The translations under genes were made by a program, and so were the position numbers. A stretch of 64,000 nucleotides of DNA from a virus: IMG/VR virus record IMGVR_UViG_3300045988_098422; one strand, given 5' to 3'. This document shows, piece after piece, positions 1-7,801 of the stretch (position 1 is its first letter; every line of letters begins with the position of its first letter). Below the pieces are notes generated by a model. That model saw nothing but the letters and a program-made list of their open reading frames with translations. It made no database searches and was not told the origin of the DNA.

Positions 1-31
1 CGCTTGAATAGGCAGTTTTAGATATAATGTG

Positions 32-39
32 TACTTTTG
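32..39 (+). promoter_or_regulatory. Bacteroidota-type -7 promoter box TACTTTTG (TAnnTTTG)
   Basis: Exact match to the TAnnTTTG -7 consensus, 36 nt upstream of the ATG at 76. An A10 tract follows at 63-72. Confidence 0.4.
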
Positions 40-75
40 TTTACGAATAAAATTGTTTAACCAAAAAAAAAAGAG

Positions 76-723
76 ATGGCAAAAGCAGCATGGTTAACCG
101 TCGCCCCGATGTCAGGGACAGGTAACGCAACAATCACCAACACGGGTACAGTTCACACAGGTCGTGAACAACGTACAACAACCGTGACAGGAACTGCAAC
201 AGGGGTTTCTCCTAATAAAACTTATACGGTTGTGCAGAAAGCGAAGCCGGAATTTGTAAGTTTTGACAACGGTGCAGAAATCACAGTTCCAAAAACAGGC
301 GGGACACTTACTATTACAGGTAAGTCTAACTCCTCTAAATTGACCTTTGCACTTCTTAAACTCACTGACGATGGTGATACCGCTAATGTGGTTGAGGGTG
401 GTTTGAAATTGACATTGCCTGCGAAGTACGATGCAGGTGGTGCGCAGACTTCAAATGATACAGCAATTTCTGGTGACCCCGGAGCTACGGCTGAATTTAC
501 ATTCAGTATTAAGTTTACAGGCATTGCAGCCAATACAACTATCAATGAGTTGACCGCTGCATTGAAAGTGACAGCTCAAGGGGGGCAAACAGCTCAAATT
601 TTTATCAGACAGTCTGCAGGAGACCCACAATTCTCATTCGGTCAGGCTACCATTACTCTGGAAGCAAGTGGCGCAGCCGTTACGAATACAGTTGTTTCTA
701 ACACTTCTTGGACATTATCATAA
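76..723 (+). CDS. BACON/Ig-like virion surface (decoration or fibre) protein, paralog A
   Basis: N-terminus MAKAAWLTVAPMSGTGNATITN...RTTTVTG matches the second half of the BACON consensus (W-L-x-V-x-P-x-S-G-x-G-N...R-T-x-x-V). C-terminus ends NTSWTLS, the first half of BACON. About 135 aa are colinear with the N-terminus of ORF 1740..2810. Confidence 0.6.
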   Translation: MAKAAWLTVAPMSGTGNATITNTGTVHTGREQRTTTVTGTATGVSPNKTYTVVQKAKPEFVSFDNGAEITVPKTGGTLTITGKSNSSKLTFALLKLTDDGDTANVVEGGLKLTLPAKYDAGGAQTSNDTAISGDPGATAEFTFSIKFTGIAANTTINELTAALKVTAQGGQTAQIFIRQSAGDPQFSFGQATITLEASGAAVTNTVVSNTSWTLS

Positions 724-977
724 TGGCAACCAAAAGAGTAAAGAAAGCAAGTGCAACACAACCGCCCGTCAGGGCGGTTGCTGTTGTTTCTTCAGGCGTT
801 AACGACGGCTTTGACAGAACGATGACTGTTACCGGAAGAACGACTGAGGGGACACCTATACAAGTGTCCTCTTTTCGCATTACTCAATTAGGTTTAAGAG
901 AGCCGTTTTTACCTGCCGACAGCGATGAACCGTTTGAAACAGCCGATGGTGAACAATTTGGAGTTTTAAAATTATAA
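723..977 (+). CDS. hypothetical protein (84 aa)
   Basis: ATG at 723 overlaps the upstream TAA (TAATG). The ORF-track start at 708 is a TTG. No recognisable motif. Confidence 0.45.
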   Translation: MATKRVKKASATQPPVRAVAVVSSGVNDGFDRTMTVTGRTTEGTPIQVSSFRITQLGLREPFLPADSDEPFETADGEQFGVLKL

Positions 978-989
978 AGTTAAAAGGTT

Positions 990-1187
990 ATGGCATACAA
1001 GTCTAAATTTACAGGGGTAGAAGTTGATAACTTGCTCACCTATGTGCAGACGTTGCAACAGAATCCGGATGCCGTGTTGCAAAACATGACGGGTCAGGCA
1101 ATTATTGACAAGATAAATACCGTTACAGGAAACATAGTATTCACTAAATTTGTGGACGCACAGGCGGGCGCAGGTAAATCAGTATAA
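990..1187 (+). CDS. hypothetical small structural-module protein
   Basis: Compact ATG ORF in the + strand gene train. No recognisable motif. Confidence 0.45.
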   Translation: MAYKSKFTGVEVDNLLTYVQTLQQNPDAVLQNMTGQAIIDKINTVTGNIVFTKFVDAQAGAGKSV

Positions 1188-1190
1188 AGT

Positions 1191-1727
1191 ATGAACTATT
1201 CTTTTGCAACATCACAAGAGGCGGCTGATACGGTGAACATTACACCGGAAGAAATTGGTGTGCCTGCAAATAATTATGTGCGGAAGAAGGAGTTGATTGC
1301 GACTGGAAAGTTTGATGAGAGTGCTTTAGCGTCTTACACAGATAATGAATTTGTGTTATTAAAAGATTTGGCGCAAGGTTCATTCACTATCACTCTTGCT
1401 TTAAATTCTGACATCACAAGCCGAGGCACGGTGCAGATTAATGATGGAGCAGCCGGAGCAACCGCTCAAGCGACCGTAGATTTGGGCGACCAAGTGCTTG
1501 CAAAATGCAACCTGACAAGCCCAGATGATGCCTTTGACGGATGGTATGAGGGCGATACAAAAGTTAGTAGTGATAAGAATTACAGCTTCACAGCTACTAA
1601 GAATGTTTCTTTGGTGGCAAAAGCAATGTATATTGATGTCACCCCTACATCACTGGAATACACTGCCGCAGGCGGTGAGCAAACATTGACTGTAACAACC
1701 AACGTAAATAGTTGGACAGTAAGTTAA
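1191..1727 (+). CDS. Listeria-Bacteroides-repeat protein ending in the first half of a BACON domain
   Basis: Contains FDGWYEG (List-Bact / Flg_new type repeat). C-terminus is VTPTSLEYTAAGGEQTLTVTTNVNSWTVS. The C-terminal ~115 aa are paralogous to the C-terminus of ORF 1740..2810. Confidence 0.6.
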   Translation: MNYSFATSQEAADTVNITPEEIGVPANNYVRKKELIATGKFDESALASYTDNEFVLLKDLAQGSFTITLALNSDITSRGTVQINDGAAGATAQATVDLGDQVLAKCNLTSPDDAFDGWYEGDTKVSSDKNYSFTATKNVSLVAKAMYIDVTPTSLEYTAAGGEQTLTVTTNVNSWTVS

Positions 1728-1739
1728 ATTTAAAATAAT

Positions 1740-2810
1740 ATGGCGAAAGATAGTTGGTTAACCGTATCCCCGATGTCTGGCAAAGGCAATGCCACAATCA
1801 GTAATTCCGCTCCTGATTTTAAGGGGCGGATTCAGAGGTCTACTGTCGTGACAGGTGCAGCGACTGGGATATCTGGGAATAAGACTTATACTGTTATACA
1901 AAAAGGTATGGGGGAAACCATTGTGATTCCCACCCGTTCGTATTCGGTAAATAATGGGGAAACTACTTTAACGATATCGGGTTCAAGTAATTCACCTAAA
2001 TTAACGTTTGCAACAGTCGGTACAAGCCAGATTCCATTAGATTTGCCTACTACCTACACAGCCGATGGGAAAACCCAAGCAAACGGAGCAGCTATTGCAG
2101 GAGACCCCGGAGCTTCTTATTTATATTCTTTTTCTGCAACTATAAGGGTTCCATCCAATAATGTGGGGCAACGAGTTTCCACAGTAAGAGTTTCCGGACA
2201 AGACCCAAATGTTTGGATTGATATTGTTATCACTCAAGCGACAGCAACATTTACTGTTGCGTATAGAGCCGGAAATTATATATCAGCCGTTCAGCCTACT
2301 ACTCAAACCGTGAATTATGGTGGGACAGCCGCTTCTGTTGCTACGGTACAGGCAGAAGATACTAATTACCGATACGAATTTGATGGTTGGTATGAGGGGT
2401 CTAATAAGGTCTCTAGCAGTCCTTCGTTAAGTGTGGCTAATATTACCTCGGCACGCACATTTGAAGCCCGTGCGAACCGTATAAGCAAGGCGGTAACTAT
2501 TACCGTTGCGTTGGATGCAAGTAGCGCAGGTAGAGGAAGCGTTTCAGGCGGTGGCTCATACAATATTGGAGCAAGTTGTACAGTACAATGTGTAATGAAC
2601 AATGCTAGTGACGTGTTTGATGGTTGGTATGAGGGAAATATGAAAGTAAGTTCTAGTCAGAATTACACATTTACCGTTTCAGCCGCTAGGTCGTTAAGGG
2701 CGAAAATTCTATATCTTGATGTGACACCTACTTCTTTGGACTTTGAAGCCGGAGGCGGAAGTGAAACATTAACAGTAAGTACCAACGTTGACAGTTGGAC
2801 AGTGAGTTGA
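1740..2810 (+). CDS. BACON/Ig-like plus Listeria-Bacteroides-repeat surface protein, paralog B (mosaic)
   Basis: N-terminus MAKDSWLTVSPMSGKGNATISN is paralogous to ORF 76. Two FDGWYEG repeats. C-terminus LDFEAGGGSETLTVSTNVDSWTVS is paralogous to ORF 1191. Confidence 0.7.
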   Translation: MAKDSWLTVSPMSGKGNATISNSAPDFKGRIQRSTVVTGAATGISGNKTYTVIQKGMGETIVIPTRSYSVNNGETTLTISGSSNSPKLTFATVGTSQIPLDLPTTYTADGKTQANGAAIAGDPGASYLYSFSATIRVPSNNVGQRVSTVRVSGQDPNVWIDIVITQATATFTVAYRAGNYISAVQPTTQTVNYGGTAASVATVQAEDTNYRYEFDGWYEGSNKVSSSPSLSVANITSARTFEARANRISKAVTITVALDASSAGRGSVSGGGSYNIGASCTVQCVMNNASDVFDGWYEGNMKVSSSQNYTFTVSAARSLRAKILYLDVTPTSLDFEAGGGSETLTVSTNVDSWTVS

Positions 2811-2825
2811 CGAATGATTATTATG

Positions 2826-2854
2826 GGGAATAAAATTTGAGTATTTTTATTCCC
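2826..2854 (+). terminator. stem-loop (10-bp stem GGGAATAAAA / TTTTATTCCC) after the surface-protein genes
   Basis: Perfect 10-bp inverted repeat with a 9-nt loop in the 80-nt gap before the sheath gene. Confidence 0.45.
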
Positions 2855-2890
2855 TGAAATAATTTAGTTAGAAAAATTAATTTTGATAAT

Positions 2891-4558
2891 ATGGCAACGA
2901 GTGTTTATTTTAATGGAAAATTAAGAACTCTTCCTGGAGCTTATTCTACGATAACTTCTGGGGATAGCACTGCATCACGTTCGCTGGATTACGGTACAGT
3001 CCTTATCATTGATACGGGTGTTTATGGTGCTGGATTTGGTGGTGGTGCAGGCGTAAATGGTGAAGGAGCGCAAGGTCTTGACGCGATTTACGAGTTTGAC
3101 GATTTAACCACTTTCCGCAACTTTGTGAAAGGTGGTATGTATTGGAAATGTGCGGAAGCTCTTTGGAAACCAGACCCGTCCAATGCTGATGCAGTGGGTA
3201 TCAGCAAATTGTTGTTTGTGCGTGCTTGTACGACAAAGGCTGCAAAGATGACATTTACAGCGACAGGCGGTGGTTCTAATGGCGGAACGTTTGTAATCCG
3301 GACTATTGATGAGGGGCTGAACGCAAACGGTGTTACAGAGGAAATTGACGGTGTAACTTACTTGAAAAATGGATATGCGTTTACTACCGAAGCGGGCGTA
3401 GATAATCCGGAAGCGGTGGTTCTGAAGTTGTGGCAGGGCACATTTACAGGTTTATACAAAGACCCCGTCACAGGCGTTGAGCTTTCCTATAATGAGTTGA
3501 CCGTTGAGCAATCAGACGCAAACCTGTTATGTGAAAGTCCTGAATGTACCACGATGGCAGAGCTTATTTATTGGGCACAAACCGACGAAAACTTTGGGGC
3601 ACGTTTTGTTCTGGACGATGCGACGGCTGGTAAGGGCACAGGAGAAATGAATGCTTCTGACGTAACCGATGGTTATCAATTAGCCGCAGGCGGTACAGAA
3701 ACTTATACTCCGAATACAGATTTGGAGAGTGTATTAAGTCAGATTGCCGATGTTGATTACAACATTGTAATGACTGACCAAATTGGCGCAAACGCTTTGA
3801 GTGCCGCTAATAAGGCAATAATCGCTCATCGTAATTTGGACGCTAAGTTTGACAAGTTTGTTTTCATTGGTGCATACGACAGCCGTGCCAATTACGAGGC
3901 TTCTTTGGCTTATGCAAAACAAGCAAACAACGCTTATGTCTGCATCGTTCACGGTGGTATTGGTACGGCTAGTGACATGGTGGCTTCCAAGATACGTTGG
4001 TGGGGTGTATTCTACAACTTGTGTCAGGTAGTGGGTCGCACGGCTGGAAAACCGCCTTATGTGCCTATCACTAACAAGACAATCGGTGGTGACAAGTTGC
4101 AAATGATACCTAACGAAAAGGAGATGGAAAAGGCTGTTAAAGCCGGACTTATTATAGTCTCAAACAATCCGTATTTGAAACGTTTTGTAATTTTGCAGGG
4201 TGTAACTACATTGCAAGACAATACGCTCCTCTTCAACAAGAAGGGACAGAGCTTTAGCTTACAATTTATGCGGTGTTTGGCACAACTCAATAAAGAGTGT
4301 GTAGTGAACGCAGAAATTGACTTGCTTGCTGATGAAAATGGGGTCAATATTAATACCCTGTCTAAAGGTGCGTTGGAAACGTGGACAATCAATTTCTTAC
4401 AGACACGAGTTGCAACAGAAAATCAGGATAACTTGATTTCCAAGTTCCAAAACGTAGTCGCATCCAGAGAAAATGATTATTACCGTGTAACTTACGAAGT
4501 AATGATTAATAACGAAGTAACTAAGATATTCTTTACAGGATTCTTGTTACGTAACTAA
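2891..4558 (+). CDS. tail sheath protein
   Basis: 555 aa, immediately upstream of a 162-aa tube-sized ORF, two chaperone-sized ORFs and the tape measure. N-terminus is sheath-like (SVYFNG..LPGAYSTI). The call rests on size and synteny. Confidence 0.6.
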   Translation: MATSVYFNGKLRTLPGAYSTITSGDSTASRSLDYGTVLIIDTGVYGAGFGGGAGVNGEGAQGLDAIYEFDDLTTFRNFVKGGMYWKCAEALWKPDPSNADAVGISKLLFVRACTTKAAKMTFTATGGGSNGGTFVIRTIDEGLNANGVTEEIDGVTYLKNGYAFTTEAGVDNPEAVVLKLWQGTFTGLYKDPVTGVELSYNELTVEQSDANLLCESPECTTMAELIYWAQTDENFGARFVLDDATAGKGTGEMNASDVTDGYQLAAGGTETYTPNTDLESVLSQIADVDYNIVMTDQIGANALSAANKAIIAHRNLDAKFDKFVFIGAYDSRANYEASLAYAKQANNAYVCIVHGGIGTASDMVASKIRWWGVFYNLCQVVGRTAGKPPYVPITNKTIGGDKLQMIPNEKEMEKAVKAGLIIVSNNPYLKRFVILQGVTTLQDNTLLFNKKGQSFSLQFMRCLAQLNKECVVNAEIDLLADENGVNINTLSKGALETWTINFLQTRVATENQDNLISKFQNVVASRENDYYRVTYEVMINNEVTKIFFTGFLLRN

Positions 4559-4571
4559 GGAGAAGTAAATT

Positions 4572-5060
4572 ATGGCTAGAGGAAACGTATATACAGCACC
4601 GAAAGCGTACATTAAAATCGATAATGAAGTGGCAGGTTACGTTCGTAACTTGAATTTTTCGGAAAATGTACAGCGTGCGAATGTTCAGGGGCTAGGGTCT
4701 TTGACATTGCAAGAAGCTCCGGCAGTGGTTTACACGTGTCAATGGAGCGTTTCACAGTACTTTATTTCGTTTAATACTCCAATCATGCAGAAGATGCTGA
4801 AAAAATTTGGTAGTATTGCAGAAATAAAGAATAGCTTGGTACTTGGTGACATTGCGTTTGATATCACGATGTATGCTAAGACAGTGGCAAGTGAAGATGC
4901 GAATAGCAAGTTAGTTACTGAAGTAGACAATACCGGAAATACGATTGCCCGTTTACAGGGATGTCTTGTAAACAGTCAGTCATTTCAACTTCAAGAGGGT
5001 GGAATTGCCGGAACGGATATTAACGGTATTTATCTTGAACCAATTAGTACAGCGGGATAA
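4572..5060 (+). CDS. tail tube protein
   Basis: 162 aa, directly after the sheath gene, with a strong AAGGAG upstream. Confidence 0.5.
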   Translation: MARGNVYTAPKAYIKIDNEVAGYVRNLNFSENVQRANVQGLGSLTLQEAPAVVYTCQWSVSQYFISFNTPIMQKMLKKFGSIAEIKNSLVLGDIAFDITMYAKTVASEDANSKLVTEVDNTGNTIARLQGCLVNSQSFQLQEGGIAGTDINGIYLEPISTAG

Positions 5061-5070
5061 TCCCCGCTGT
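5049..5070 (+). terminator. stem-loop overlapping the tail tube stop codon
   Basis: ACAGCGGG(A)..(T)CCCCGCTGT inverted repeat with the TAA in the loop. The T tract is weak. Confidence 0.3.
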
Positions 5071-5089
5071 CTTTAAATAAAAGACGATT

Positions 5090-5446
5090 ATGGATGAAGT
5101 GAAAATTTCAATTAAAGGGCATGAGTACACAGTTGCTTTCCCTAATGTGGGTCAGTATTACAGAATTGAAGCGATGAAACAAAGTTTGTCACGTGGCTTT
5201 TACAATTCTATGGTAATGAGTCCCGCAAACAGTGCTCAACACGCACTTGACATGATAGACATTGAGGCTACTTTGGTGGTGTTGTGTCCGCAGTTGGTTG
5301 AGGATTTAAAGGTGAAAAATTTTGACGATTTGGACGTTCGGGATTACAAGTTAATTCGGGATGAGTACAACGGAAAAGTTTTGCCGTTCTTTAAAGAAAT
5401 CAATGACCTGTTAAGTGGGAAGTCAGAAATAAATAAGCAGCAATGA
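5090..5446 (+). CDS. putative tail assembly chaperone
   Basis: 118 aa, positioned between the tube and tape measure genes. Confidence 0.4.
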   Translation: MDEVKISIKGHEYTVAFPNVGQYYRIEAMKQSLSRGFYNSMVMSPANSAQHALDMIDIEATLVVLCPQLVEDLKVKNFDDLDVRDYKLIRDEYNGKVLPFFKEINDLLSGKSEINKQQ

Positions 5447-5450
5447 GGTC

Positions 5451-5765
5451 ATGAACCGAGAGGAGTTGATACGTAGTGTCAACACTTGGAATATAAAATT
5501 CCCGATGGACAGGTGGTGGAGAAGTAAACATAATGTTGCATTCATGTCCCCTGTTCATCGGGAATGTTCTTTTATACATCAGCTTATGGAGTTTGAAGAG
5601 GACAAACTTTATATGCAGGCGATGTTACCTAAAGAAGAAGACAAATATATTCCAGGAATTGGCGATTTGTTTAAAACGCCATTGACACAGGAAGCATTTT
5701 TGGACGAAGCCCAAAGAGAAATTGATGAAATGTTAAAACTAGAGGAACAAAATGGCGGAGGATAA
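5451..5765 (+). CDS. putative tail assembly protein (second chaperone-position ORF)
   Basis: 104 aa, own ATG, overlaps the tape measure start by 14 nt. Confidence 0.35.
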   Translation: MNREELIRSVNTWNIKFPMDRWWRSKHNVAFMSPVHRECSFIHQLMEFEEDKLYMQAMLPKEEDKYIPGIGDLFKTPLTQEAFLDEAQREIDEMLKLEEQNGGG

Positions 5766-7800
5766 AAGAATACGGGTGTCGGCAGATACTACCCCGTTGC
5801 AAGAAGTGAGGCAGGCAGCCCGAGAACTTTGGGAAGACCTTGCACAAATGGAAACTAACTTTAAGCAAATTAATGATGGAGTATTGCAATCCATACAGAA
5901 ACAGATTGATTTGCTTAAAGAGCGTAATAGCCTCTATACGGCTTTTAATCCACAAGAGCAAACAAATACCCAACAGGGGCAAAATAATCGCAATGCGGGG
6001 CTTATAGACCCCTACACTGGACGACCATTGTTTGACAAGACAGAGGGGCAGGGGATTAGGAATGCCGATTTTGAAAAAGCACTTAACGTTTTAGATAAAA
6101 TTTCAAGTGATGTCACTCGTATAGCCGAAACCTTAGAACAAGACCAACGAAATCAACAAAATGGTTTGGTTCCCGGAGAAGGCTCACAACCTGCACCACT
6201 TCCAAATCCAGCAGGTGGAAATCCTTTGCAACCCCCACAGCAACCAAATGCTCCAACAGGTGGCAGGGGCGGAGGGTTTAGTTTGCCTACTAGCTTACAA
6301 GGGATGATGAGCCTGTTGCCTTATGGTGCTGCACTTTTTGGAATTGGACAGATGATAGGGCAACAATTTCAGTTCCAAGCAATGCAGTATGGAGCGCAAA
6401 ACGAATTTCAGCGTAGAAATAACGTGGGTAAGAACCCATTGTTAAATATGCTGTCTTTTGGTATAACAGGCGCAAAGGCTGATGAGGCAGAAGTCGGACG
6501 TTTGGCAGCAGAACAGAATGATAAGGTTTTAAAGGATTATTCTGCATTATTTGGAGTTTCCTATAATGAAAGTTTGCGTCGGCAGATAACAGGCAGTTTT
6601 GGTGGAAATTATAATAATTTGTTTGACCAAACAATTGGAGCACCTAAATCTAGGTCGGATAGTTATATCCGAGTTTCAGAAGGCGGTGATACTAGCCGTG
6701 TAGTAACGGGGGATAAAACTCGTGCAGAAGAAGCAAATAAAGCGGCTGGAATTTCAAAAGAGGAATTTCAGAATTGGGCTTCAACCGTTTTAGGACTGAA
6801 TATAACAGAATTTACTGAAAAAATCACAAGTTTATCCCGTGCAGGGGCAAAAGGTAGCAATACAACTGATGATGATTTAAAACAGTTATTGTTAGCCCAA
6901 AGACTTCGGGGGATTACCGATGAACAGGCTGAAGACGTGTTACGCACTACTCGTTTTAGACGAAACGAACAAGGTTTAACGGGTGCAGGAGTGATTAGTG
7001 CTTTTGATGCTAATTTGTCTGAAAGGTTTGCAGAGCGTGCAGATGCCAATCAATTAATCGCTTCAACTCTTGGTGAGTATTTAGCGCAATTTAATCAAAT
7101 TTCTGACCGCATACTTGACCGTGTGGGTTCAGTAAATACTACTAATATTGTGCGTTCCATGACGAGCATACAGAACGCCACTAAAATGGAAGGAAAACAA
7201 CTGGAAAGAGTGCAAAATGCGTTGATGGGAAATGATATATCACAGGATGATACCACGCAGGCTCTTCTTTTGCGTACCGCTCGCCAATTGAATCCAGAAG
7301 GCAACTTGTCAGATTTACAGGCAGATATTGAGGATATGGCAAATAATCCTGAATTGCAAAAAGCCTTTTTTGGACAAATTAGACAGATGACAGGGGGTGG
7401 GGAACAAATGCGCCATGTATTAAAAGCAATTTTTCCGCAGCTATCAATGTCGGATATCAAGAAAGCTGATTTGGGGCAAATTACCGAAGAAGAACTTTTT
7501 GATAGAGGAAGAACGCAAGGGGCACAATATAGTGATAGAAGTGCCGCAAGAATGGTCGGGGACGCTGAACGTTCAACGGCTGGAACCATGAATAGAAAGA
7601 TTTTTGAGGGGTACGAAAATGTTATGGGGGCTGAACAGCTAAAAGCGGTTTTGGAAAGTATTGAAAAGCCGATACCCGTTTTTATGACATTTGAGGGGGC
7701 TCATTCAATTATGGAATCCATACGCAGCTTTACTGAAATATTAAGTGATACCCCGAAAGCGTTAAGCCGAGTATTGAAAAACTTAACAATAGAAGAATAA
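5752..7800 (+). CDS. tail tape measure protein
   Basis: 682 aa, helical and low-complexity (Q/N/G/P-rich 6150-6290). Canonical position after the chaperones. Confidence 0.65.
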   Translation: MAEDKRIRVSADTTPLQEVRQAARELWEDLAQMETNFKQINDGVLQSIQKQIDLLKERNSLYTAFNPQEQTNTQQGQNNRNAGLIDPYTGRPLFDKTEGQGIRNADFEKALNVLDKISSDVTRIAETLEQDQRNQQNGLVPGEGSQPAPLPNPAGGNPLQPPQQPNAPTGGRGGGFSLPTSLQGMMSLLPYGAALFGIGQMIGQQFQFQAMQYGAQNEFQRRNNVGKNPLLNMLSFGITGAKADEAEVGRLAAEQNDKVLKDYSALFGVSYNESLRRQITGSFGGNYNNLFDQTIGAPKSRSDSYIRVSEGGDTSRVVTGDKTRAEEANKAAGISKEEFQNWASTVLGLNITEFTEKITSLSRAGAKGSNTTDDDLKQLLLAQRLRGITDEQAEDVLRTTRFRRNEQGLTGAGVISAFDANLSERFAERADANQLIASTLGEYLAQFNQISDRILDRVGSVNTTNIVRSMTSIQNATKMEGKQLERVQNALMGNDISQDDTTQALLLRTARQLNPEGNLSDLQADIEDMANNPELQKAFFGQIRQMTGGGEQMRHVLKAIFPQLSMSDIKKADLGQITEEELFDRGRTQGAQYSDRSAARMVGDAERSTAGTMNRKIFEGYENVMGAEQLKAVLESIEKPIPVFMTFEGAHSIMESIRSFTEILSDTPKALSRVLKNLTIEE

Positions 7801-7801
7801 T

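Noticed and set aside
5380-5455. Programmed frameshift joining the two tail chaperone ORFs (G/GT-type)
   Set aside because: The TTTAAAG string at 5390-5396 is not positioned as X_XXY_YYZ in the zero frame. The downstream ORF is in the +1 frame, and that frame has stops at 5412 and 5430 before its ATG. No fusion product is possible without two events.
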